A DNA stretch of 56,501 nucleotides, filler included, from Sluysia triapertura (taxonomy: Eukaryota): the NCBI GenBank assembly GCA_046118255.1. It is 4 parts of 4 records of this genome, joined end to end, with 100 filler letters (N's around TTAATTAATTAA, not from the genome) between each part and the next. Parts side by side here need not be neighbours in the genome. Positions count along the whole stretch, not along the records: positions 13,883 to 29,626 come from JBJNIA010220356.1; positions 29,727 to 44,211 come from JBJNIA010257184.1; 2 more parts are not named here. One strand, given 5' to 3'. Numbering within the stretch: position 1 is the first letter of the stretch; the number at the start of each line of letters is the position of its first letter. Below, in pieces: positions 27,256-39,760 of the stretch. The notes under the pieces were generated by a model. It was not told the origin of the DNA and did not search any database. It saw only the letters and a program-made list of their open reading frames with translations. Made by a program: the position numbers and the translations under genes.

Positions 27256-27810
27256 TTGAATATGAATGGTGATGAATGTAGAGAAGATCCTCTTCTGATA
27301 AAATTGAAGAAACGGTACGATTTGGAGATTAAGGTTGACGGTGAGCTATTTCACGAGTTTCAGTCACTGCGGCTTAAGGTTGATGAATTAAGCAATAATG
27401 ATAGTCATAAATATTCCAATAGTATATTAATTTCGAGTCAATATATTAGATCGGCACTTTGCCCATGTAGCAGTAACCCAAATGGTACTTGCACGAAATT
27501 CGGAATCAAGTGTCCATACGCGCACACAGTTAGCCAAATAGTAAATCTTAAGACCGAAGATGTATATCACGTAGGTCACCTCTTCAGACTTGAGAATCTT
27601 CTCAAAAGTATTAGAATATCAACATTAGAAACATCGGACAACATTGTATTCATGGATAATCATAAAGTATATAATTTCTATCCTGACATAAATGATAATT
27701 TAATTTTTGTTTTTAATTTAGATGATGAAACGTGGGCTTCGATAAATGACATATATAAGACTAAATTTGCGAATTTTAAAATTTTTATGAATAAATCTGC
27801 GTCTCTTTAA
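27256..27810 (+). CDS. Intact single-exon CCCH zinc-finger protein (Unkempt-like finger spacing), copy 3 of the element-borne family; ATG at 27262
   Basis: 184-aa open frame containing CPCSSNPNGTCTKFGIKCPYAH (27460-27525). It begins about 70 bp after the last CCAAT box of module 6. Confidence 0.65.
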   Translation: MNMNGDECREDPLLIKLKKRYDLEIKVDGELFHEFQSLRLKVDELSNNDSHKYSNSILISSQYIRSALCPCSSNPNGTCTKFGIKCPYAHTVSQIVNLKTEDVYHVGHLFRLENLLKSIRISTLETSDNIVFMDNHKVYNFYPDINDNLIFVFNLDDETWASINDIYKTKFANFKIFMNKSASL

Positions 27811-28444
27811 CGTCTTAAATATTATTTATAATTTTAAAAATTTTTCACCTCATATATATTTAGAATGTAAAAATTTAATACGATTTTGTAAAAGAATTAA
27901 CCGAATATTATCTATAAAGTTATTTTCCAATTTAAACAATATCATAACACAACAGTTATTAATTGATTTATAGATATAAGGATATGGTGCAGTTTATGTA
28001 GAGGTCCTGATTGTGTATTGTGATCTTTTTAACTTGTAATGTGTTATATGCTGATCTATACAATTAAATTGCATGTTTAGTTATGAACCACTACAATTGG
28101 CTCCCGGAAATTAGAACTACTAATACCGCACTTCCACTCACAGCTAACTCGCTATAATTCGTAAAACTAATCCCAATATGAAATAACAATTACATATTTG
28201 GATTAGTTACATATTGATATTTTAATGTTACTATTTTTAGCAAAAGAAAATAAATAATTTCATTACTACTTAGATAAAGTATTCTAAAAGTAATATATGA
28301 TGTTATTACAATTAGAAAGAATGAACTTATTACATACAATATGAATAGTTATTGATGTATCAAAATGAACAAACTAATTTTGTGGGTCCCTTAGTAAACA
28401 ATCATTTTCAAATTATTGTAAAATATATTGTTAAATACTCTAAC

Positions 28445-28788
28445 CTTATTGGAGCATTATGTATAATAAAAGCCTCGACAAATTTCACATATTCTCTACT
28501 TTCTGGCAATGAAGGATCTAACACTAAAATGGCGTTGAATAAATTTTTGCCAATTCGACGCATTACACCAGGATAAGACGGTGTTAATAAATCACGGACT
28601 GACTTCGGCCAATTGGAGTAGCGTTTATCTTGCTCCAAATCGTTAATGTATTTGATTGGTGCATATCGAATATCCAATAAAAATTGGGATTTACTTGATC
28701 CAACATTGGATCCATCTACATTGTTGCTACCATCGTTACTGTCTGAAGAAGCATATTGGACTTTTGTTATGGCAGATATTTGATCACT
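28445..28788 (-). pseudogene. UGGT: Isolated exon of UDP-glucose:glycoprotein glucosyltransferase (thioredoxin-like sensor region)
   Basis: Flanked by a TTTTAG acceptor and a GTTAG donor. It reads LDIRYAPIKYINDLEQDKRYSNWPKSVRDLLTPSYPGVMRRIGKNLFNAILVLDP...HNAPIR, matching the UGGT signature DIR..I...NNLE.D.RY..WP.S...LL.P..PG..R.I.KNL.N.....DP. No following exon was found. Confidence 0.85.
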
Positions 28789-29626
28789 CTAAAATTGTAA
28801 GTATAAAAAATGCATTTAAAATATATTTAGTATTCAAAATACCAAAGAAAAATAAACCAGTTTTTTAAATGCAATACGAAAAAGTAATAATGATACAAAC
28901 TTTATAAATAATTTATATTTTTGTTCTATCTTGGTTAACATTTGTTAACATAATAATATGCAAAACAATTGGTTAAGACAACCCTTTAATAAAGTAACAC
29001 TTTTATAAATATTTTATCAACGACTGCTTCATTTTCGAGCTGACTTCCAACAGAGATATTAGAAACATTTTAAAACATAAGAGGAATTTGATTATATTTG
29101 TCTCGTACATGCACCACCAATTGGAATGGACCACAACAATTTAAAAAATATTAACAGATATAACTCAATATTTATGTGGAATGGTAGAAACAGAAGTATT
29201 CTAGCATCATAATTGGAATTACTATCGAAATAATGATAAAACAGTAATCAATAGGTTTCTGTAAAGTAAAAAGTAAACACAAAACAAACAATGAATAATA
29301 ATAGATAACTTTATTATGGTGTGGTGGCGTACACCTGTGATGGCCGGATGATAAAAATAATTAATTTAGGGCTTAAATTTAAAATTGACTTTAATGAAAA
29401 ATAAGACTTAAGGTCTTTTGAATTATTATTATTGTTAAAATTACTTTTACTGAAAAAAATAAATTTCAAATAACAAGTAGAATTAATATATTCGATTAAA
29501 AATCCAACATGGATATAAAAAGTTATATGTACAGCATCATGTAGTATACAGTTCATTAATAGTTTATTAATTGTTAGAAGATCAACAAAATGAAGAAATT
29601 CAAAATAGTTAAAAATAAATAATAAA

Positions 29627-29726
29627 NNNNNNNNNNNNNNNNNNNNNNNNNNNNNNNNNNNNNNNNNNNNTTAATTAATTAANNNNNNNNNNNNNNNNNN
29701 NNNNNNNNNNNNNNNNNNNNNNNNNN
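29627..29726. other. Artificial 100-bp contig spacer
   Basis: N44-TTAATTAATTAA-N44. Confidence 0.97.
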
Positions 29727-29812
29727 TAAATTGATAATGTTGAGTGTGATTGTGATTTAGATGTTGTTAAATTTTAATAAATTTCTAATGATTATGAGTG
29801 TTGGCCACTACA
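29727..29812 (-). repeat. Outer end of another terminal module (TGTAGTGGCCAACAC at 29812)
   Basis: AAATTTTAATAAATTTCTAATG...GTTGGCCACTACA parallels 8895-8938. Confidence 0.55.
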
Positions 29813-30708
29813 AAAATAATCAGATAAACCAGATACACATGAATCATTGCGAGGAAGCGATTCCGAAATCTGATATTTATTTAATCAAAAAACGTAGTAT
29901 TGATGTATTACGCATTGATGTATTTTCTTACGTTGGAAGTTATTAAAATTAGAAAAGTCAACGAAGAGTTAAGTTGATGAACAATTATGTTAGACAATGT
30001 CATTTTAAAGCGAGATGTGTTCATATAAATATAAAGGTAAATTTAATGTAAACTTAATTAATTAAGTAATTTAATTTAATTATTTGTGGATTTTGTGTTA
30101 TGATTTAATACTTATTGGTTGTAATATTTACTTATAATAACTGATATTTATTGTCACTGTATTAATTGTGATATAAAGAATATAATTTTATAAAGAATAT
30201 AATCTTATTTTTATTTTCTGAGTTTTGAACTTAAAGTTGAGTTAATTTAAGTTATTTAATTTTGTTTTTAAGAGTTCAGAAAACCACAGCAAGTACATAA
30301 ATTGATTTGTGACAATTTTTATTGTTAAGTCACTGTTTCTTAAATAAAATTTCCATTTTCACGTACGATAACAAAATTTGTCAAATTTTACCAATTGTTT
30401 ACTTATATTTCAGTTTTGATTGCATAATTTCGACATTATTTTTGTCCTTAAATTTCTTGAGTTATTTTTGTTTATCATTAATTAGAGTACAAGAATAAAA
30501 TGAATCAATAAAAATTTTAATTGAATTATAATTACATTACATTTAAGTTATTGTAAAGTATTTTTTACTTATATTTTTCAAAAAATTCTTTTTGAATTAT
30601 AATTTATATTTTAAAAGTTTTTGTAATGAAAATTAACAACAATTAAATTTAAAATAATTTTTAATAAATCTGTTGATTTTATAAATGGAATTAAAAAAAT
30701 TAATTGAT

Positions 30709-30728
30709 TGACGTGCTTCATATAAATA
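30709..30728 (+). promoter_or_regulatory. Candidate calmodulin core promoter: CRE-like TGACGT plus TATA box TATAAATA
   Basis: TGACGT at 30709-30714 and TATAAATA at 30721-30728, about 140 bp upstream of the ATG. Confidence 0.5.
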
Positions 30729-30860
30729 CAAAAAACAAATAAAACAATACAATTTGTTTGTTTTATTTGTTTAATTGAGCTAATTTGTGTGAGAATTTTC
30801 TATTTTTATTCAACTGTTATTTTAAATTCAAAGGAGCATAAAGTTGAATTGTAATTCACA

Positions 30861-31352
<492 letters not shown>

Positions 31353-34300
31353 AATATGACTAACAATATAAGATTGTTTTTAAATCCATTTTAAAATTTT
31401 CCATTTAAATCAAATAGTTGTGTATTTTTTTTAAATTTCTTTGTTTAAATAGACTAGAATTTATTATGTCTATTGATACATTAACTATTTCGGTTTTATT
31501 ATTATATGTTGTCAATTTTTGTTCAATAAATATGCTATTTTACTCTATCGATTAATCAATATAAAATAAATATTATTTTGCTTCTTATTTTTGAATTAAA
31601 AACAAAAAGGAAATATGTATTATATTTAATCAATCACTTTTTTGAATTGTTATTTGTAAGTCTTGGAATTACTGCTCCAATTGGTTTCGGTGTTTTGCAG
31701 CCACTGTTGCTATGGTGTCTGTAATTAGTTAATATTAATTTAACAACAGTACGTTTTTGAATGTCAAGTTGTGTAAATGTTAATTCAGAATGAAATATTT
31801 ACGAGAAATCGATTTTAAATGCTTTAATTTTAATTTTATTTTGTAATACTAATTGATGTATATCGTTTAAACAATGATAAACTGTCGAACTTTTGTCAAT
31901 TTTTATTTAAGCTAATGTCATTCAAATTTTTTAGACAACCATTCGTTAAATAAATCTCTAATACAGCAACTCGTGAAACTGTGTTAAAATATCATTTTTT
32001 AAATTATATCTCGAAATCAGAGTTCTACTCGTCTCCAATGTTAAAGATAGAAGTACTATAAAAGAACTGAAATTTCTCTATTAGTTCAGTTAAGACGAAC
32101 TACTATTTAATTAAAACGTGTTTATGACAAAATAAAATAGCAACCACGCACTAAAGCAAATTATGTGTTTGAATATAAGAGAACTACTAGTAATTATTAA
32201 CACTTAATATCATAGATAAATTTTTCAAATTTAAATAATTTACCAAAATTATTTTCAAACAGAAATGTCCCATATCAAAATGGTAATCACTATTAAATAG
32301 TCAAATGCTTTGTTAAATATCTTCCACAAGAATCTGTCTAAGAAATGAACAATTGCAATCAGGTATATCAATAAGTGTTCAAATCCAAATCGTTTTTCTC
32401 TGCCAACCCACATTAACTATATAATATTTTTTCTTTCTAATCGTTGTCAAAAGCATCTAATATATCACTTACATTCTAGCCAATAGCCTATTTTATAAAT
32501 TCTCAATCAATCTTCCTATAGTTAATTTTGCCTCCTGACCAATTTCCTAATGTATATTCTAATAGACAAAGGCAGTTTATACAATTATTGTTAAATAGTA
32601 ATAGTTTTTCAAGTAGTATTTTATACTAGACAAATTTGTATTGTTATTATAATTATTTTAATATTATTATAATCATTATTATTTATTATTAATGATATAT
32701 TACATATTGTACTTTAAGAATATTATAGATAATAGTACCATTCTTATCTGATATTTGTACCCCCTTAATTTTATAAATAAATTATTATGTAAAATCTCAT
32801 GCTAAAAAACAATAAGCATTCTAATTGTTGAATGACATCATAAAAGGTTCAATTTTCAATTATTTGTTTCTAATATTTTTTATAAAAAAATATTTTTATA
32901 AATTTTTAACACATTTTCGTTAATGTAAATTTCGTTTTAATTTTTAATTAAATTAATTTATCGTATTTTCGTTTAGGGTCCAAGAATTTAACATGCGCTT
33001 GCAAAAAACAAGGGATGCGGGTTATATGAAAACTTTTAAAAAAACGATATTATTTGTAATAAAACTTAAAATCTCTAATAAAATCAATTATTTATTATCG
33101 AATCCATTAAAATTTGATTTGAATTCGTTTCAAAAAATACTAAAATGGATTCATAAAATATTGTCAGTGCGATCCATTGATGCCTTTATTTTCAATTTCT
33201 TCAAATTTCTCAACGTTGCATAATACAATATGCTAAGTTATGAAAATCACAAAATAATAAAATACAAAGACATTAGAAAAATTCTTAAGTATTTTTTAAG
33301 AATTATGAAAGACATATTCAAAGTAATCGCGCCTATAAATACTTTATTCTGAATTAGTTTTAACATGATGATTTACATATTAACAAGATTATTAATATGT
33401 AAATAATAATATTAATATTAATGATAATGTGTAAATTAAATATTAAAGTTATTTATAGATAATCTATGTGAAAACATTAATTTATATATTTTTCAAAATG
33501 TGATAAATTTTTTATGGTTTTAATCTGCTGTTTGTTTATCATGCAAAATACATAATCAAAGATTATATATTTCAAGATAATTCAATTTTTTTGAATATCT
33601 TGGTTAGTGTATCATTCAGATGGTGAAGGTCATGTTTTTAAAATAAAAATATTTGTGCTAGAAAATTTCTGATGCTTATTATTATTTTTCCTATTCATAA
33701 TATATATGACCAATAAGTATTAAATTTTCATATTTTAATATCATTATTTTACTACTTTAACCACTTTAACTACTTTTACTACTTTTACTACTATAAACTT
33801 TAGTGATTATATATTGAATCTTATGTTGTGACTTGTTAATCACAGTATATATTATTGTTTTGGAAATGTATTTTCACTGTGCTATAATATAATTATTTTC
33901 AAATTATAGTTAGTATTTATTTGTGTATGTTAGTGTTCATATTTAGTATATTTTCCATGTTTTATTGACATACATGGTGTCTTCTGGATACCAATTAAGT
34001 GCCATGAATTCTTACTTGCTTTTATCTTAAAGGTGCTTCGGAGTACTTTTTTATATTCATAAAGATATTTTGTGTTTTTAAACCGTTTTCAAGGTGAATA
34101 ATTGCGAATATTTGGATTTTGTAAGCAATGTTTTTTATCTTCAAAAATATTTATAAGTGGATGTTTTTAAATGAATATCGAAGCTTGTCTCTAACCAAAA
34201 ACAAGAAATCTTAATTAGATTGATATTTATTTTCAAAATGAGTTATATTAAGAAATGTTGAGGAAAGCAATAGCGAAATTTGTAAATGCTTGTGACATTT

Positions 34301-36581
34301 TCATCATAAAATGAGAAATTTAGTGCAAGTCCAGTTTCGCAGAAATAGCTATTTAATCCTCAATAAAAAGTAAAGTATTCTCAAATATAATTTTTTCAAA
34401 CGATATTGTTTCTTAAATAAGGCAAAACAGCTGTTTAATCTTTTGATTTTTTAAAAAATTACCTCTGTGAAAATAAACTAACGTATATCAGAGTAATAAA
34501 ATACTAATACTAATAATAATTAATATTAATAATAATAAATAAATAATACAAATAATTAAAAATTAATTTAAGAGCGTCAACACGCAATAATTAGAATTAG
34601 AATTAATAAATTAGGTTCTACAAAAGCGCTAAGAAAGACATAACTGTGACATTTGCAAGACAATAGAGAAAAGAAAAGAATTAATTAAAATAAATCAATG
34701 TCAAAACTAAGAAAAAAAATTCAGTTTACAGATACGAGTTAATTGAAGAGAAATAAAATTAAAAATATTTCGGTATTTCCAAAACGGAATTTAGTGTTAA
34801 ATGCATTTTAGTTCAACAAACTTGAGATTGATTCTAAATAATGTTAGTTTTTTAATTTATAAGTTTTCTGTACAGTTTAAAACGCACAAAAAATCCTCGT
34901 AATTGCTTACAATAAGCATTTTAAAGAACCTGATAAAACATCCTATAGAAAGACTGAGTCATATTTAAGAACCAGAGTCACAATCAAAGATATTCTATCT
35001 TTCTAACATTTATAAAAAGATTTTAATTAGTTACCTTATTGAATACCCCTAAAGGATTACTCATTTGTAAAATTTCATTTGATTCCTTTTTTGAGCTTAC
35101 ATTTTAAATAGAGATAAAATAATATTTTTCATTTTAATACCTCCTTTTAAGTACAGTTTTAAAATCAGTTATCACAATAATTCAACAAGTTAAACATTAT
35201 TTTTCAATAAGTCACGATATCGCTGCCCTTAAGTTATATTTAAGAAACACAATATACTCAAAGATTTAAGATTAATATAGATTGACCACCAATGTTCGTT
35301 AATACATTTTCTTATAAAAATTCTTTTTGTAAAGTTTTTTGTAAGCCTTGATCACATCGAACTCACTAAAAAAGTTTGTTTTATTTATGATAATATGCTT
35401 GTTAATTTTAGAGAAAATCCACCACTTAGAAACAATATACTTAAATTACAATATATCCATAAAGATAAATCTGTTAGGATTGCCAAACTACGGAATAAGA
35501 AATGGATAGAGAAGAAATGGAATTGAAAAGTGCAGGAAAAAGTGATGTAGGCAAAACGAAATAAAAAAATTGTTAGAATAAGAATGATGAAGAACTGATG
35601 AATATCTTGGAGTTATAAGGACCTTAATAAAATGTTAAGAACCTTGAGGAAGCTCAATATTAGTTTGCAAACGTTTTGAAACTTTAAAATACCTTGAGAC
35701 AGTTTTAAGATCTTTTAAACCTTGACAAATAATCTTATAATTTTTTGAAATATTTAAAATATTTATGACATGAAGTCGTTGTTAATAATATTAAAGTAGA
35801 TGTTATCTTAATTATTATCTTAATGTAAGAAGTAATTTAGGAGAAAATAAGCCGAGTAGTAGTACCGTATAATTTGTAAAAAAGTGTTTGATTGTAAAAC
35901 TCAAGAGTATTTCGATAATGAGATAAAGTATAAAAGGAATGAGTTGTAAGATTGTTATTAAAAAAATAATTACTATAAAAAAATTGAGGTTAACTATCAC
36001 TTTGATTTTTAAGATAATACAGAATTACATTAGGATACTTTACAAGATTCAACAAATCATCATTTGGATGTGTTTAATATTAATTTAAATAAATTCAATT
36101 TTTTATTCATTTGGTACAAAATGGAAAAAATATTTGCTAAATTAAATATTAAGTATATATAACTTAAAGAGCCAAAAAAATATATCTAAAAAATATACAA
36201 ACAACACTGCATAAGAAATAAATGGATAAGTTTAAATAGTATCTCTGAATATCACGTTTATAGAAATTTTTATTATACTAATAAGTGTCATAATTTTTTT
36301 GAAATGTCACAATAATTGTACACTTGATTTTAATAAAATAATTTCATTGATAATTTCACGAAAGAGGAAATTAGTCAATTATAAGGGCTGTGTGTTGCGA
36401 GTTTAATAAATATAAAAATGAATTTAATAAGTGAATTAAATTAAATAACTGGAATCAAAACATATATGAAACAACAATATGGATTACGTATGAAGTAAAT
36501 TATTAAACTCTATTTCTTTTTTATTATTCCAGCAAATTTTACGATTTTTTAACTCTCCATTTTGAATGAAGAATATCAATA

Positions 36582-36744
36582 CAGTCGGACCCCGTATAAC
36601 GCGATAATAAAATTGCGACAAAATCCATATAACGCGAAAATTTACCCCGTATAGCGCGTTAATAACATTTAACATTAATAACATTTTATTATCGCGTTAT
36701 ACGAAATCGCGTAATTGGGGGTCGCGTTATACGGGGTCCGACTG
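36582..36744. mobile_element. 163-bp MITE, Tc1/mariner superfamily (pogo/Tigger-like)
   Basis: Perfect 23-bp TIR CAGTCGGACCCCGTATAACGCGA with TA on both flanks. Internal copies of TATAACGCG/CGCGTTATA. Confidence 0.92.
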
Positions 36745-38203
36745 TATAAAACAAATCATTTAATGAAAAATTTTATACATAATCATAAAGTTAAATGATG
36801 TTTTTAAATTAAACTTTTAATAGCAGGTCATACTAAAAATTACCTGAAATATATAATTACCTTGTGCCAAATCAGTTAAATCAATCCACTGACAATCATA
36901 ATCATGAAAATACGTGTCTTTGCAACCAGTACTAATACCTAAATTCCATTTGTTTATAATCACAAATTTTTAAAATTTATTAATCGTCTAAATATTTATA
37001 TATATTGTTTGAAATTATGTTTTTAATATATCTAAATACTTGCTTGACTAAACAATGAAAAAGTATAAATCACAAACAAATACAATTTGATAAATATACA
37101 TTTATCAGTAGAGCACTTTAAATCATTCGTGGTACATTTTTTGATTATTTACATTTATCACGATAGTGATAGCAATTTTTTAAGTACCTTTAAATTCTAA
37201 AACCTAATAATTAATTACAGTATGACTGCTCATAATCAAAGAATAACTCTAAAGAAAAGAAGTGCATCTTTTGTATACGAATTTGTATTTTTATTTTCTA
37301 AAAAATTAAAATAAAATAGATTTACAAATTTTTAAATTAATTATAAATTTATGAAAAAAGAAATCTTTTAAATTAATGAAATAAATAAAAGAAATATATT
37401 AAATGAAATAAAATAATCCATTCAATTAATGGGTATTAATGGAATAGTCAATTAAATTAATGAAATTTGTGAAAATAAAATTAATGGATTCCAAATTATA
37501 AAATGAACTTTTTAAAAGAAGATAATTAGCAATTATTTCGTAGTTTTCACTCAATTTGAATTTGATTTCAAGTGATGTTCGCATTTCTTCAAATTTTTTG
37601 AGTTAAGTTTGCGACAGTTGAATAACTTCAAAAGACAATTCTTTAGATTCGTCAATATCACTATTCAAAAATCCACGAAACTAAATCAAATCATTTGTTT
37701 ATCGATTAATTTTGAAGTAGTATGTTTCTAATTAAATAGGTTGAATTCTACATTTTTATAAGAGCCATAAAAATATACTTAAATTATTATATTTGAATGT
37801 TGTTCGGACTAATTACAAAAATCATTTTTAATAAAGCATAAAAGCTTTATTATTTCAAACTTTTATCTTTATTATAATTGAATTTTTGATATTTATCTAA
37901 TATTGTTATTTTATTTTATTGTTATTTTAATATCTATGTGGTGGTCTGGCTCACACCTACTCCGACGCCACATAAATCATAACAATCACCTACACAAACC
38001 TCATCGCAAAAAATTACATTATAACTTTTATCCATACCATTTATAACATCACATCACCCATCCTCACAAAATTTAAATGCCTAATAAAATACTGTTTTGT
38101 TAAACACAACGCTCATTGTCATCCTGTCATCATTATGACGCAACGTCTTTTTCTTGTGTCTCCCAATTTTCATTTTTTCCCTTTTACAAATTATTATTTT
38201 TAG

Positions 38204-38728
38204 TATTATAAATTTGCAACCAAGCCTAATAAAAAAGGTGATGAAATTATTACAGATTATAAATTTCAAGTTTACGGTGATGAACAACAATGTTATCGTG
38301 GAAGTGTTAATTCCACTGGTGTGTTAGGTAAAATGAATGATAAATTAAAAGAAATGGCTGAAAAAGGTGAATATAATAAGCGAATGGATATTTATAATCG
38401 AATTGTGGAGAAAGGTAAATTAAAAAATCTAAAAGATGCTAGCAATTTAATAAATATACTCAAACATAATATTATAGACAATGACAGTTTTAATGATGTG
38501 TTAAGAGTATTAAATAAAATCAATAATTTGTTCTTCATAAGAGATTTTTTGGATTTAGGTGGTGTTAAAATATTATTATCCAATTTTAATCATTTAAATT
38601 ATGATAATTTTGAATGTAAATATCAATTATTAGAATTATTCGAATTTTTGCGACCATTCAAAAAGTTATTGTTATCATTAGTTAATATTTTAGAAATTCC
38701 AAAAAATTGGATGGAAAACATTTTTTAA
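38204..38728 (+). pseudogene. SETD2/Set2-like fragment: end of SET domain, degenerate post-SET, and the following helical region
   Basis: The frame is open from 38204: FATKPNKKGDEIITDYKFQVYGDEQQCYRGSVNSTGVLG, compared with the SETD2 pattern F..K....G.ELTFDYQFQRYG...QKCFCGSANCRGYLG. It continues LRVLNKINNLFFIRDFLDLGGVKIL...QLLELFEFL. Two post-SET cysteines are lost. Confidence 0.75.
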
Positions 38729-38740
38729 TACTTGATGTGG

Positions 38741-38800
<60 letters not shown>
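38741..38800. repeat. (ATT)n microsatellite
   Basis: Direct reading. Confidence 0.95.
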
Positions 38801-39413
38801 TAATTGTTATTACTAATATTATCATTACAATTATTATATTTATAAAACTACACCGTTCCGCCTATAATTAGTAACACGTACAGGTTACAATTTGAAAATT
38901 TTTAAAATTATTAAAAATTATTTTTAGATAAAATTGTTAAAAATATTAATTGTATGATATCAAAGCTGAACTGAAACGAGGAAAATTTTGAAAATGTTGA
39001 CGTAAAATTTTAAAAGATTATTTGATAGGACTTCAGATATAATTTGGAATCATATTAATGGTTACACGCTATTATATTTATCAACAAGAGATAACATTGT
39101 TACAAAGATGTTTTGGTTTTTGATGATGAAACTGACTTTGTTAAAGCGCAATGTAAAGATAAACGGGATATTAAATGAAATCAAATTAAGATTATTTCGT
39201 AGTGATATTACTTCATTAATTGCAGATATACAGTGTCAACTGATTCATGATTCGTATATGACATATTTAGTGGAATTGCTGTCTATATGTCTGCTGGTTA
39301 TAAACGAGAAATTCAAACCACGTTATTATTTTTGCTTCAATGTTGTGTCATGGGGCTACTGAATTTGTGAGAAAAGTAAAGTGAAGCAGATAGAATAAAA
39401 AGCCTAGCTTAAG

Positions 39414-39760
39414 GTGAGTTCACCAACGTACTGGGCTTACCTGTTAGGCCAGCCGTTGGATTTTCTATAAATTTTTGAAATGGAGGTTATAATACTTACC
39501 TAACTGTAACTTATTGTTTGCACTAAAATGATGAATTTAATGTATTTGATAAGGTTCTTAAATCGAACCTGGAATGCTAATATTTTAATAAGGTTCCTAA
39601 ATTGAACCTTTAAAAAATGATTTTAATAAGGTTCCTAAATCGAACCTTTACAAATTGTGAGATGATTTTAAGAAGATTCTGAACAGAACCTAGAACCTTT
39701 CAAAAACTTTTGAAGAATTTTGGTAAGTGATTTTAATGAGGTTCGTAATAGAACCTATAA
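39414..39760 (+). repeat. End of a repeat element: GC-rich structured head plus tandem AGGTTC-N6/7-GAACCT palindromes
   Basis: About five palindromic units at 39552-39757, the first three about 38 bp apart. The head is homologous to the reverse complement of 44450-44530. Confidence 0.7.

Noticed and set aside
31620-32040. Possible 3' exons of a minus-strand gene convergent with calmodulin (34-bp GT-AG intron at about 31720-31753)
   Set aside because: The peptide is short and unrecognisable, and the upstream frames are interrupted by stops.
33311-33344. 13-bp perfect inverted repeat ATTTACATATTAA/TTAATATGTAAAT
   Set aside because: Almost purely AT, so it is plausible by chance at this base composition.
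38093-38160. CFVKHNAHCHPVIIMTQR resembling the SET motif RFMNHSCEPNCETQK
   Set aside because: It is in frame with the SETD2 fragment, but the match is weak, it is separated by a stop, and it lies in repeat-like sequence.
39552-39757. Regularly spaced palindromic repeats resembling a CRISPR array
   Set aside because: Eukaryotic context, degenerate repeats, short spacers similar to one another, and no cas genes.
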